Assembly: GCA_013239625.1 (NCBI GenBank)
Contig: MU054187.1
Location: forward strand, 12,441,325-12,505,324
Source of the DNA: Lama guanicoe
Lineage: Eukaryota
Reading direction: 5' to 3'
DNA: 64,000 nt
In this document: piece after piece, positions 14,280 through 27,160 of the stretch
Layout of the letters: the number at the start of each line of letters is the position of its first letter
Position numbering within the stretch: the first letter of the stretch is position 1
The notes under the pieces: model-generated
Seen by the model: the letters and a program-made list of their open reading frames with translations, nothing else
Told to the model about the DNA's origin: nothing
Databases searched by the model: none
Translations under genes and position numbers: made by a program

Positions 14280-14710
14280 ATGTTATCTCCATTCGTTATT
14301 GCCATGTAACAAATCATGCTAAACTTAAACAACAGGCATTTACTTAGCTGAGGAATGTATAGGTTGGTTGGCTGAGCAGTTCTGATCTGAGGCAATTTTG
14401 ATTGATCTCTGCCTGGCAGTTCGCGGGGGGCTGATCTAGAATTGCATTGGCTGTGATAACTTGACATTACTCCACACAAGCTCTCATCCTCCAGCAGGCT
14501 AGCTTGGGCTTGAACTTGTGGCATGGGAGAAGTCCAAGAACAGAAGCATGCAAGGCTTCATGAGACACTGGTTCATGATTGGCTCAATGTCATTTCCACT
14601 GCATTCTATTAGCAAAGTAAATAACAAGACCAGCCCAGATGCACGGGGTGGGGCAACAGACCCCATCTCCTGGGGCAGTGCAAGTCACATTGCCAAGAGT
14701 GTGTATGTAG
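14280..14710. mobile_element. MaLR (MLT1-like) LTR
   Basis: ctctcatcctccagcaggctagcttgggcttg and aagtaaataacaagaccagcccagat motifs. Confidence 0.65.
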
Positions 14711-14964
14711 GAGAGTACTTACACATACAGTTTTCTCTTCTGCTAAACTGAACCTGGATTAAGTCCAGGAAGGGCTACAGAGTGAAAGAGTCTGTGGCTA
14801 AAGATTTCCTCATAGTCCTGTGAAACGGTAATTGGTCCTGAATTGCATTCTTCCCCAAAGTAAAATGCCCATGTTAAATCTTAATTCAAAGTGTGTGGAC
14901 ATCTGCAGGTTCTTGAGAAACAGAATGGAAAGAGTTAGCTTTGTTTTCTGGATTGTTTCGACCA

Positions 14965-15760
14965 GTTTGTTTATTCATTCACTCAACAAAAAAGCATTGA
15001 GTGGCTCCCATGTCCCAAGCACTATGCTAGGCGCTGAGAGATAATGATTAGCAAATCTCAAAATGGTGCCTACTTCCCTGGAGTTTACCCCTGGGGCTGG
15101 GGAGATGAGACATTGTTTAATCTCACAAATACATGCATCATGACAAAATGCAAAAAGTGACAAGAAGTAAGGGTATATGACGACATGAGACTTTCTGAAA
15201 CAAAGCCAATCTGGTCTGGGGCATCAAGGAAGCCTTTCTTGAAGAAGAGATGTTCAAGTTGAGCTGTGAAGGATAAGAATTCGAATTAGGAGTGTGGAGA
15301 GAGGGCAGGGTTCCAGGCAAAGAAACGGCATTTTAAAGGCCTTAAAGTGGCAGGGAGCCTGGCACTTAGGAAGAACTGAGAGAAAGCCAGTGGGACCAAA
15401 ACACAGAGCAGCAAGGGAGGTGGGTTATAAGGTGAGATGGAAGGGCTGGTGGCTGTCAGATGACTCTGGACCTTAGGTGGTTATAAGAAACATTTGCTTT
15501 TACCTTCAGAATAAAAAAGAGGCAAAGGTAATGACATGTGGAGACCTGTGAATGTGAAAGATCACTTTGGGGTTAGGTGCAAAGTTGGGTAGGTAGAGAC
15601 CAACTGGGCAGCTATTACAGCATCCAAGTGGAATGTGAGAGCTTAGATTAGGGTGATGATGGAGGAGAGGATAAGAATGAGACACATTCAGGAGATTCTG
15701 ATGATAAAACCAGTCCCAGCGTAACATGTCAGCTATGAGAAGTGGGGAAGAGGGAGACGT
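14965..15760 (-). mobile_element. L2 3' fragment
   Basis: ttcattcactcaacaaa...gcactatgctaggc tail and gaagcctttcttgaagaagagatg body. Confidence 0.65.
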
Positions 15761-15764
15761 GGTA

Positions 15765-16465
15765 TATTGAGTTTTTCACCCCTTCCTGCATCCGTGCTGT
15801 TGTCAGGACCTCCCTGTCATGTCTAGACTTTGGGTTTGACCACGGGGCTTCAGCCAGTGATATCAACAGAAATGTCAGTGTGCCACGCCAAGTCTAGGAG
15901 TTAAGAGACCTTGTATTTTCCTACTTTGCTTTTGAGCCACAGCCACCATCATGAAGGGGACATGCCTGGACTAGCCTACTACTCAATGGAGGGTGAGCGA
16001 CACGTGGAGTGGAGCCACCCACAGACCTTCAGCAAGAAGCAAGCACCTGGCTGCTGTAACCTGAAACAGAGCGGACCAGCTGAGCCCCAACATCATGTAT
16101 TTGGGGTTAGGGCCTATAAGAAGGTAAGTTAGGGTTAAATGAGGTTATAAGGGTCAGGCCGTGATCCAACAGATTAGTGTCCTTTTTATAAACAAGGAGG
16201 GTTCTCTCTCCCTCTCTCTCTCTCTCCTCCCCTCTGCACCTCCCTCTCCACACACACCTAACAAAGAAGAGGTCATACAAGTGTACACAGAGAAGGGGGC
16301 CACCAAAAGCCAAGAGGAGGGGCCTCAAAATGACGCCTGCCTTGTTGATACCTTGATCGTGGACTTCTCAGCCTCCAGGGCTCTGAGAAACAAATCCCTG
16401 TTGTTTGTAAGCCGCCTGGTCTGGGGTATTTTGCTGCAGCAGTCTGAGCAGATCGGGACGTTGGG
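15765..16465 (+). mobile_element. Adjacent or nested MaLR LTRs (MLT1-like)
   Basis: gatcgtggacttctcagcctccagg...gagaaacaaatccctgttgtttgtaagcc 3' motif. Confidence 0.7.
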
Positions 16466-18499
16466 TGTGAGGCTGTGACAGGGCGAAGACGGGAGTGAAA
16501 TGGATGGGGGATGCCCAAGGACAGCTCTGTGGGGGGGCAGGGCATAGGCTAGTCGTAAGTGGGCCTCTCCTCAGAAGGACACGCTTTATTTTGACAACTC
16601 AGATACTACTCTGCTCTTTATCTACTTGAAGTTCAAAGTGGTCATCAGCGTTTCCCACGACCACGTTTCAGCGCAGTGAGCAATCCTGACAAACATGACA
16701 CGTGCAGAGTGGAGCAAGGGAGAGCAGGAGCATCAGCCGCTGCTGCGCCCACACGGGCCCCGGCTCCTGGCGTGGGACGGGGCTGTGGCTGGGGCGGCAC
16801 CCAGGACAGGGCCCAACGGCCTCATCCAAAGTCCTGCTTGTCTCCGAGGAACGAGCATGAAGAAGGTTGAGTTTAAAGGAGATTTTTTTCCTCCTGTTGA
16901 CCTGACCCAATCCATTTCCCTTCCCCTCGCAGAGGCTGCAGACTGAAGCTGATCTGCAAAAAGATCATTTGCATGATCTTCTTATCTGAATTTTGTTTTT
17001 CTTCCTCATTGCTGTGGATAGACACTGAGGTGGGCTTGGAGTGAAAGTTGGGGGAGAGATTTATTAATCTCCTGTGTCTGGAAGGAGAGGCTGCGTAAAA
17101 CCCTCAAGCAGCACGTGTAAAAACCTTGCCTGCCACCTTTTAAAGTTGCCTCTAATACATGGCAGAGAATATTCTTAACACTGCTTCTTCTTTGCTGCCC
17201 AAGAATTTCATACCAGTAACTACTGGAAAGCTTAAGTGTCAAGCCAGAAGAGTCTTTGCCCTGACACGGTTCTGACTGAATGAATGCCATTTGTGATGTG
17301 TATGCGTGTGTGTGACAGAGACAGAAACAGAGAGAGACTGAGACACAGAAGGAGAGACACAGAGGGCTGGTTGTGGTGGTTCATTCCTAAGGCTGCGCTG
17401 TTGGCTGGTCTGGATTTCGTTCAACAGTTCTTTGACTGACATTTGACTCCGTTGCCTCTTTAGAATAAGGTCTTTTATAATTTCCTCCCTTTTTCCTGCA
17501 TGATTTCTGTCCATCACTGGGTAGGGCAGAATTATTCCTAATGAGTTTTTGATTTGTTCTTTGGAGCCCCCGTTTTTCGTAAGGACACAAAAAAACTATT
17601 CATCCACATTGCTACCTTACACTAAACGTTCTTTGTTTAGTTAAATTCTACAGGCAGGGCAGCATAAACAGTCAAGAAAAAAAAATCATTGTACCGCCAG
17701 TTCTAAGAATCTGGCACCAAACGTTCCTCTAAGGTTTGTTTAAACAAGAAATGTATTAAAAGAGAGACATTTTTCACAGTGATGATGGCCTGGACCACAG
17801 AAGTCACATATTTGAGTCCTGGACTTTGCAGAAGAACTAAGGAGCCTGTCAGTGAAGCTTTCCTCCAGGGAAGAGCTAATGGGAAGATTTCTTCACTTTG
17901 GAAATTCTGCATCTTTTAGTTTTTCTAAGGATAGTTTCAGTTTTTTTAGGCTTAGCACATGTCAATACTTGGGAAGAGGGTCAGAGAAAAGCAGCTGGAA
18001 GTGAAAATAATTCACTTGAAGCATTTAAAAAGTTCCTCTGTGAAATCATGTTATGTAGTGATTTTTCAATCAAGTTGATCTTAATTTTCCAGCCACTTTG
18101 CTTCCAATTCGATCTTGTAGAACACCTTCAGCAGTAAGGATGTCACCGGGCAGAGCTGGGGTCAGGATGCTGTTTTACTGTGCAGCCTGCACGTGATTGT
18201 GGCTGTTCACTCCCTGATCAGACCTCTGTCCATTCCCACCTCGCTGCAGATTAGACTTCATGTTTGTCCTGAAGCATTCCTAGACTCATAGAATGTTTAG
18301 GGCTGACAGGGTCATTCACTCGTTCATTCATTCATTCATACAGTCTGGACATATTTGTGCTTTGTGCCAGGCATTGCCCCAGGCCCTCAGTAGCTTCCAT
18401 TCCAGCAGAGGGGTGGATATAGAAAAAGCCATTATAAGCCAATCAAATAAATGTTATAATGGAAGTGTGAGTATATAATAGAGAAGAACAAATCAGACT

Positions 18500-18894
18500 G
18501 CATATTAGATCTGTTTCTTTTACTTTAACCTTCGTATTCTATAGCTTTTGCTACAGGTTAAGAATGTTGCCTATAGCCTAAAATATACAGGAGAGCCCAT
18601 TCTCAAGGCTCTGACCTTTAAGGGTACAACACTTTTCCATTCATATAGAGATTAAAAAGTTTCAAGACAGAGAGTAATAATTGTCTTGTTGGAGGTTTAC
18701 AGGAACATCACGACTTGACCTATGGGGACAAGCCTGAGTTCTAATTCAGGTAAGATGATTCTTTGGGACACTAGTCTACCATCTTCTCAGTCTGCTGGCT
18801 TTCTGAATAAAGCTGATATTCCTTGTCCCAACAACTTGTCTCCCAAGTATTGGCTTGTTGTGTGGCGAGCAGTACAAGCTTGGATTTGGTAACA
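18500..18894 (+). mobile_element. Solo ERV1 LTR (MER34-like)
   Basis: Internal AATAAA; ends tgtggcgagcagtacaagcttggatttggtaaca; interrupts an L2 remnant. Confidence 0.65.
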
Positions 18895-19639
18895 AGCAGA
18901 GCACAGTGGAAGCAAAGGAGTAGCTATTTTGTCAGTCTGTCAGGCTTCCTAGAGCTGACAGTGGGTATAAGAATAATGTTTCTATTGGAGAACAACATGC
19001 GCAAAGACATGGAGAAGGTGAGGGACCACTAGTGGCTGAGTATTGCTTGGGGTATATTGTGAGCAGGGGAGCCACTGCCAATGGCCTTGAAATGCTGTGA
19101 TAACACCTTGAGAGACCTTAAATGTCTAGGTCTAAATGCAAGAGCATTTAGATTTTAAACTATTAGCAACAGGAGAATCATTGAAGATTTTTTAGCAGAT
19201 ATTTTATGTTAGAATGGTCAGTTTGGAACAAAGGGGTATGGATGGGGTAGTGGATGGAATCAGTGAGATTCAAGTCAGGGAAACCCAGGAGGTGAATGTA
19301 ATAGTCCAGGCAACAGATGATGAAGGCCTGAATTAGGGCAGTGACTTTGGGCATAATGGGGAGAGATATTTAGAATAAGAGATTAACTGGGGATGAATAT
19401 AAAATGAATCTAGCCTTTTCTGGCCTCACTGATTGGATAGAAAATTGTACCATTTTCCTGTATGAAATCTAGATATTTTCAGAGCAGTTTAGGGCTGAAT
19501 GAAATGATGAATTCAGTTTTATTCTTCCTACATTCAAACTGAAGATGTGGAATCCTGGAACTATAAATGGCAACTGACATGAGAGAAATCTGAGGAGGGG
19601 TCAAGACAGAACTGTGGGGTATTCCACATTTAAAGATTA

Positions 19640-19772
19640 GAGCTCATCTCAACTCTGAATAGATTCCAGGTCCCACCCTAGAAGATTTAGAAGGCCTAGT
19701 GAGGAATGAGAATCTGTTTTTAAAAAGCTCCTCAGGGGATTCTGATGATCAGCTAGAGCTGAGAACCACAGA
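19640..19772. mobile_element. MER5A-like hAT MITE fragment
   Basis: aaaagctcctcaggggattctgatg...tgagaaccac. Confidence 0.6.
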
Positions 19773-20344
19773 TCAAGTCCCATCCTATTCTAAGAAAGAG
19801 CTGGAGCCTGAGGTCCAGGGGGTGGAGTGACTTTCCCAAGGTCCCAGGGCTCCCTGGAGGCTGAGGGAGGCTCACATTCCCAGTCCACTGTCTGCAGCAC
19901 TCACTTCTCCATTTAGATTTTATTGTCCTTGTCTTATTTAGATTTTCAAACCTCTAGGGACAGTGGGTATTTACATTCTCTGTATATAAAATGTGATCAG
20001 TTATAAATGCACGTCTGGCCGATCCGTGGGTCTGGTAGACTGAGGGAGCGCTGTCTCTCACAAATTCATGCCACTGGCTTCCTAACAACGCCACTTTGTA
20101 TAGCACTCTCATGTGTAGAGAGGAAACATGATCAGTGGCTCCATCTTAACATTCTGTTAGCAGCTTTCTGCAGAATCTGGTCTTGAACCTAACATCTTGG
20201 TGTATAATCTAGAATGTGGAGGAGAAAAATGCCTCTATTTTTGCGGGATTAAAATAGCCCAGAATATACAGGTCTTTAAGAATTGATGGATGATGCAGAA
20301 ATAAAAGACAAGATTGCTGTGTTTAGAAAAGTTGGGATCTCACT

Positions 20345-20772
20345 GCTTGTGGGAGACCTTAGGTGAATATCAGGATTTCTCTCCAGTTCTTCTCTCCTTC
20401 GGATCACATGTTCCCCTTGGAATGAGTCACAATAATATGACTCGCTTTAGCCAAAGAAATGTTAGCATAAGTAACGTGTATCACTTCTAGATAGAATAAA
20501 CACGTGAAACTTCTCCATTCTCCATGCTCTGTGCTGCTGCCCAGTGAACCCTGAAGACTTACACTGAGATGGTGGTGTCACAAGATGGTAGAACTTCTGC
20601 CAACCTGGACCATGGAGGCACTATGATGATCAGAGCCTCTCTGATGACCAGTGTAGGAAATATAGTATAAATTTTAAAAAACCAGAAAAACACCTCAAAA
20701 ACTATTGTTTTAAGCCATTGAGATTTGGAGACGATTTATTTACAGCAGCATAATTTAGCATAAACTGACCCA
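20345..20772 (+). mobile_element. MaLR (MLT1-like) LTR
   Basis: ttaagccattgagatttggag...ttacagcagcataatttagc 3' end. Confidence 0.65.
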
Positions 20773-20859
20773 CGCACCGATCAATAGAAAATGTGCACGG
20801 GAAACAGGCAACTAGTAACACAAAGGTGTCCCAAAGGGGAAAGATCTCTGCAGGCTACA

Positions 20860-21540
20860 GTAGTCCTAGACAGCAATGCTGGTCAGCTGGAATAATGGGA
20901 TGCAGACTGGATGGAGTTCAGCAGGGAAAAATTCAGGGTTATGCACTTGGAGTTGAAAAGTGAACATGTTCAAAGGCAAGGTGCCAACTACTCAAAGGCA
21001 GTTGGCTGGAAAATTAAAAGTATAGCTTTAGTGGATAGCCAGTTGACCGGGAGGAATTGTCACAACCCTGCAGTTCTGTTGATTGAAAAAAATGCAAGCA
21101 GAGAACTGTGGCAAATGAAAAGCATGTCTGTATCATGAGGTAATTGCTACACTGCTCTGCACAGATCACAACTGTAAGGGAGCTGGACCGGCTCTGGTCT
21201 CCATAGTTCAATGGGATTCAGAGAATGTGGAAAGAGTTCAGAGCCAAAGCAAAATAGTCACTCAGTGACCGGCCAAGAAGGGCTAAAGACCTGGGATTAC
21301 TTAGCCTGGAGAGAAAAAGCTCCGGGATCACTTAAGAAGCATCAGCAATGAACATAAACTTCAGAAGAGCCACTGCATGGAGGATAATGGCTGTTTTTTC
21401 TCTGTTGCCAAGAACACAAAACAAATGGGTTTATTAAAGTTCAACAAAAGGAAGAATTTCTTGATTCCAAGGGTTGTTTGACACCAGATAGGATGGGAGC
21501 TGTCTCTCTGGAGGACTTTACAAAGATCCATGTTCTCTTG
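20860..21540 (+). mobile_element. L3/CR1 LINE remnant
   Basis: MEFSREKFRVMHL resembles CR1 ORF2 MKFNxxKCKVLHLG; ttagcctggagagaaaaagctcc resembles the FSLEKRRL-coding segment. Confidence 0.7.
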
Positions 21541-22394
21541 AATGTCATGGATTCACTGGTTCCTTCCTGAAGCTAAGGGATGGAAGGGTCTCTGTCTCTT
21601 TTCTGCCATGACCCAGACAATGGATGAAGTCCACCATGGGACACCCCGCTGTGGGCATGCTGACGTTTTGCACAACTCCCAGTAAGCTCCTGGAAACTAC
21701 ATTCTTTTCCTTCTTCTCAAGAAAACGTATCAGAAAACAAAGGAGAGCTGTTGTGATCAAGATTACCTCAAATCCTCTTCGTTAAAAAAGGTAAATATTT
21801 TGTAAATGTCAGTATTTTAAATTCTTGCTTGTAAAAATAACTTGTAATACGATCATTCAACACTTATTTAACAAATGGTGACTGAGTGGGGTGTATGTGT
21901 GTGTGTATTGGGTGGAGGATGCCTAAGGCTAAATCAACGTGCAGTTACGATTCAGTTGTGTAGGGCATGGGATCTGCTGTGAGACCACAGAGAAGGGGTG
22001 ATTAGCCCCCACTTGGAGCCCAGGAAGGCCTCCAAAGGAAGGCACATGCAAGCTGAAGTCCACAGCGGGAGAAGGAAGTTGGTTAATAGAGAAAGAAAGG
22101 CAAAGAAGCAGGGAGAGAAGATGTGTGTGTGAGGGCATGGAGGCTGGAAGCATCTGGAGGAACAGAGAAACAGGAAAATATCTGAATCCAGAACTAGGGC
22201 TGAGGGGGATGGGTGATGGCAGGAGGCAAGGCTGGTTTGCAGGTGGCAGGGCACACGGGGTCCTGGCTGCCATGATGAGAAGCCTGAGTTCCATCCCAGG
22301 AGCATAGTGGAGTCCTAAGACGGTTTACATAGGGAAGACATGATCAGGTTTGTACTTCAGAAAAAGCCCTCTTGCCATGTGGGAAATGGGTTAG

Positions 22395-22625
22395 AGGGGC
22401 TTTGAATTTAATCTGGCCTGGATTGGAATCTATGTTCTGCATTATAAGCTATAAAATTTTTGACAAATTAATCTCACAGAGTCTCAGTTTCCTCATCTGT
22501 AAAATGGGTATCATGATGTCCATCTGGCAGGGTGGCCATGAGGATAAACTTAAATATTGGGTGTAAAAGGCCCAGAAAGTGTCTGATACCCTGAAATAGG
22601 TGCTTAGCAAACATAGGTTCCCTTC
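22395..22625 (+). mobile_element. MIR SINE
   Basis: ctcagtttcctcatctgtaaaatggg core. Confidence 0.75.
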
Positions 22626-24305
22626 TGTACGAATGTATCATCAATTTGCAAGTGATAAAGGCCCTGGACACCGTACAGAATCAAACACTTTTTCCATTTG
22701 AGAGTGATTATCTCATGGATAGTGTCCATAATCCTCTTAAAACTATAGAGACCGGACTAAATTTTCCTGCAGCCCTTTAATCATCTTTGTGGTTCTTTGT
22801 GGAATCCTCTCCAATTTTTGAAAATTCCTCTTCAATTGTGGAGCCCCCCAGCTCGATTAGTCACTGTAGAGAATTCACAATAATTAGATCAACAGAGCGC
22901 AGTCCCAGGCTGCTGCCTCCACCATGTAAACCCAGTTAGCTGGTCCCCGTCGACGAATAGGTTGTGTTCCAGGAGTTCATTAGTAAGTTGGTTGTTTGGA
23001 ACACAGAAAGCCTTTCCCCATAGAAACAGAATTATTGATGGTGGCTGGTTTCCCAGGCCAGTGCATAAAAATCTATTTAATGCACAGGCAGCTGAACCAG
23101 GGCCTGGCAATAATAGTCACTCAAGCCCTTGACTTGTCTAAGTCCTCATGGGACTCCCAGTCCCCCAGTCCCATGGAGCCCTGAGAGCCTCTGACCCTGG
23201 TCTTGCAACCCCGAGCCGTCCGAGGGAGGTGAGAAGTGGGCTGACAGTTTTTAACTGTTATCTGCAGCATAATTGCAAAAAAAACACTTCTCTGAGCTAG
23301 ATCTTTGCCTGCAATTGTGCCTATTAATATATAAGCAAGTAATCAAGAGCTCCCTTATGATAAACACACCTACAATATGCTAAATACTTTACCTAGGTCT
23401 ACTTAAATTATTTTAAATCCTCTTGATAATCTTGTAAGAAAACTATTCTTTTCATCTTTCCCTTTTTGCTGGTTTCTTAAGAAGATTTTGCATGGCACGG
23501 AAACAGGCAGGTAGAAGGCAGTGGAAGTGAGATGGGAGACCCGGCATTTGTTCTGCAAAGCTGGGAGCTTTTTCACTGCACAACACTGCCTCCCAGTGGA
23601 GTGAGCTTAACACAGAACCCAGTGTCACTAAATCAACTATGTATAATCTCCCTCCCAGTGAAGTAACAAGTTCTTCATTCATACATCCAACAAAGAATCT
23701 TTGAGTGCTTCCAATGAGCGAGGCCTTGGGAACGCAAAATTAAATTAGACTTGGTGCTCTCACAGAGTAGCTGAGAAAAGAAACAAGGAAATCAGGGACT
23801 GAAATCAATGAGACAAGAATATGACCAAATTAAAAAAAAAAAAAAGATTACACAGAAACCCAGGAGAGAGATTATTCAGACTAGGGTGGTTGTGATGGTA
23901 GGCAAAGAAGGCTTTCTGGAGGTGAAATGAACTGAGTTTTGAAGGATGAGTTGGAGTTAGATGTAAATCTACATGACAAGAGGTAGAAGGATATTCTGTT
24001 CAGAAGAAACGGCATGTTTAAATGCATAGGGACACTAAACACATCAAAAATATGTTAAGTATTTCTTTGACCCATCTGCTTTTGTGATATGTCAGCACCG
24101 TTCAAAGATGAAGTAGCTGATCTTGTGGGATAGCAGACAAGTGAAAATAGTGTTTATTTTAGCTTTAATTTGCCTTTTTCCCACCGTGATGTTTTTAAAT
24201 TCTTTATATATTTAAAAATGTATATTTGTATTTTTTCTGTGAACTGTCTATATTTTATTGATTTCTCTATTGGGTATTTTGGTCATTCAAAAATTGATTT
24301 GTTAG

Positions 24306-24429
24306 GAAATGGAAACACTAATTTGAAAAGATATCTGCACCCATGTTCATTGCAGCATTATTAACAATAGCCAAGATGTGGAAACAACCTCAGGGTCCAT
24401 CAGTGGAATGAATGGACAAAGAAGCTGTG

Positions 24430-24477
<48 letters not shown>

Positions 24478-25001
24478 GAAAGTTATTCAACCATGAAAAA
24501 GAAGGACATCTTGCCATTTGTGACAACATGGATGGAACTTGAGGGCTAAGTGCTAAGTGAAATAAATCAGACAGAGAAAGACAAAGACTATATGATCTCA
24601 CTTATTTGTGGAATCTAAAACAAAAACAAACCCAAACACCCTGAACACATAGACACAGAAAACAGATTGGTAGTTGCCAGCGGCAAGGGGTGGTGAGTGG
24701 GCAAAAGCGGTGAAAGGGGTCAAAAGATACAAACTTCCAATTATAAAATAAATAAGTCCTGGGGATATAATGTACAGCATAGTGACTATGGTTAATAATA
24801 CTCTGTTGTATATTTGAAAGCTGCTAAGAGAGTAGATCTTAAAAGTTCTTATCATAGGACAAAAAGTTTGTACCTCTGTGTGGTGATGGATATTAACTAG
24901 ATTTATTGTGGTGATCGTTTGACAATATATACAAATACTGAATTACTATGTTATACACCTGCCACTAATAAATTGTTATATGTCAATTATACCTCAGTTA
25001 A
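24306..25001 (+). mobile_element. L1MA-like 3' end with 17-bp TSD and internal (CA)n
   Basis: TSD aaaaa(t/c)tgatttgttag at 24289-24305 and 25002-25018; ends tgtcaattatacctcag; (CA)~21 at ~24432-24474. Confidence 0.88.
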
Positions 25002-25779
25002 AAAAACTGATTTGTTAGAGCTCCTAATTCATTACACAATCATTTATCTTTTGATTTAAAAAAATTCTTCTAAAAACTTTCCCCAGCCCTGATTATTTCA
25101 TAACAATTAGCTTCTCTTTTTACCTTCAGATCTCTGATCCAGCTGGAGTTTGGTCCAGGCAGTGTGTAGTCTTGCACATACATTTCCCAGCCTGCCTTGT
25201 AGCTTTTCATCCTCGTGGCCAGGAGCTGGGAGTTGGGAGCCGGGAGCCCGGAGCCGGGAGCCAGGCTCAGCAGGTGACCCTGGGGCAGAGATGGGCTCCC
25301 CAAGTGTGAGAGGAGTCCAAGAAAGCTGGGGCCACTGCCTTGGCTGGAGCTGGGAGGCCGGTGCCCGTTTGCACTGGCAGGAGGCAGCAGAGAGCGGTAC
25401 AGACAGAACTGAGTCAGCGCTGCCTGGTGCCCCTTCGAACCCTGCCCCCACCTTTATCTCTGTTGAACGAGAAAACCTGGTTCCGGACCAGAGGGTCCTA
25501 GGAGTCTTGATGCAGGCAGCAACAAACCTGCCACAGGAGAGGCGGCTCAGAAAGATACGACAAAGCCAACAACACACAGACACCACACCAAAACAAGACA
25601 AGACAAGACAAAACAAAACAAACAAAACAAAAATTCCAAAGCATGAGAAGAAAACTAGCACAAAGACACTCAACACACTAAACAGAAGGTAATTCAACCT
25701 CTAATTGAACACCACTGGCAGACTCCCCACCAGAATCTCTTTTCAATCAGGACAAATTAGCTGTGCTCGATCACTCCCG

Positions 25780-26458
25780 GGACATCCGGGTCAGTCCTCC
25801 ACTCCTGCAGTCCTAATCTCCACGTGGCATCACACTTCCTTTATTCTGTCCACGCCCCCTCCCTCCGTAACTCCTGAAACCCTTATATCCAGCCCTTGGG
25901 TGTTAGCAAACTCCTGTGCACCCTTTACCACCTTTCTGGACGCTCTCCTCAGCTTCTTGCTCTAAACAAAACATGATCTCACCCTGTTGTCCTCTTTCCA
26001 ACCCCCTGCAAAAACCCTGGTACCACTGGGCCTGGAAGTGTCCTCTCTCCTCATTGGTGCTTCCAGGCCATTCCCTCATCTTCCCTCCATCCACCCAGCT
26101 TTATTCTCCTGTCATCAAATTACATCATCCACCATCCACAACATCGTAGTGCTGCATCCTCTGACCCAAGGGTACCCCCTTCATGTCTCAGAAATGGTAG
26201 CTCCTAGCTCACTGTGAGTCTCTCCAACTTCACTCCCATCTTAATTCTTGGTGATTTTAGCATACACATTGATGGTCGCTTCAATACCCAGGCCTCTCAT
26301 ACCTTGAACTCCCTTTGTCATCTACCATTCCGCGTCTCCACTTACCCCAGTGGTCATTCTGTAGACCTAGTTACTGTCAATCACTGCAACCTCTCCAGCG
26401 CCTCAAGTCCAGGCATCCCCTTTTCTGAGCAAGACTTCCTGTCTCTCCAGCCCACATT
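25780..26458 (+). mobile_element. L2 5' region encoding a degraded APE-type endonuclease
   Basis: ORF 26214..26462 reads LILGDFSIHID...TYPSGHSVDLV...PFSEQDFL, matching GDFN / GHTLDLV / SDH endonuclease motifs. Confidence 0.75.
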
Positions 26459-26459
26459 T

Positions 26460-27160
26460 TAAGAAACTGAGATATAATTTACATATAACTTTGTATTAGT
26501 TTCAAGTGCACAACCTAATGATTCAGTATTTGTGTATATTGTCAAATGATCACCACAATGAATCTATTTAATATCATCACCACAGTTACAATTTTTTTCT
26601 TCTGATGAGAACTTTTATGATGTACTCATTTAGCAGCTTTCAAGGATACAACACAGTATTATTAACCACAGTCACTATGCTGTACATTGTATCCCCATAA
26701 CTTATTTATTTTATAACTGGAAGTTTATATCTTTTTACCCCCTTCACTCATTTTGCCCACTCTCCCCCTGTACCCCAGTAACCACCTAATCTATTCTCTT
26801 TATGAATGGGTTCAGGGTGTCTTACTTTTGGTTTTGCCTCAGATTGTACATATAGGGCAGGGGAGGGTATAGCTCAGAGGTAGAGTGCGTGCTTAGCATG
26901 CATGGGGTCTTGGGTTCAATCCCTGGTACCTCCGTTAAATAAATAAGTAAATAAATAAACCTAATTACCTCTCCTATCAAACAAAAAATAAATAAACTAC
27001 TTTGGTAGTAGATTGTGTATATAAGTGAGATCATACAGTTTTTGTCTTTGTCTGATTTATTTTACTAAGCATAATGCCCTCAAGTTCCATCTGTGTTATC
27101 GCAAATGGCAAGACTTCCTTTTTTTTAATGATTGAATAATTTTTCCATATATATATATAT
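26460..27160 (-). mobile_element. L1MA-like 3' end interrupted by a SINE
   Basis: Reverse-complement similarity to the element at 24306-25001. Confidence 0.8.
26855..27009 (+). mobile_element. tRNA-derived SINE (camelid Vic-1-like) with TSD
   Basis: A box tagctcagagg, B box ggttcaatccc, tail aaataaataaacctaattacc; TSD agattgt(ac/gt)atata at 26841-26854 and 27010-27023. Confidence 0.85.

Noticed and set aside
26855..26940. True tRNA genes here and at 40121 and 42157
   Set aside because: SINE-type tails and TSDs, diverged copies, no convincing cloverleaf
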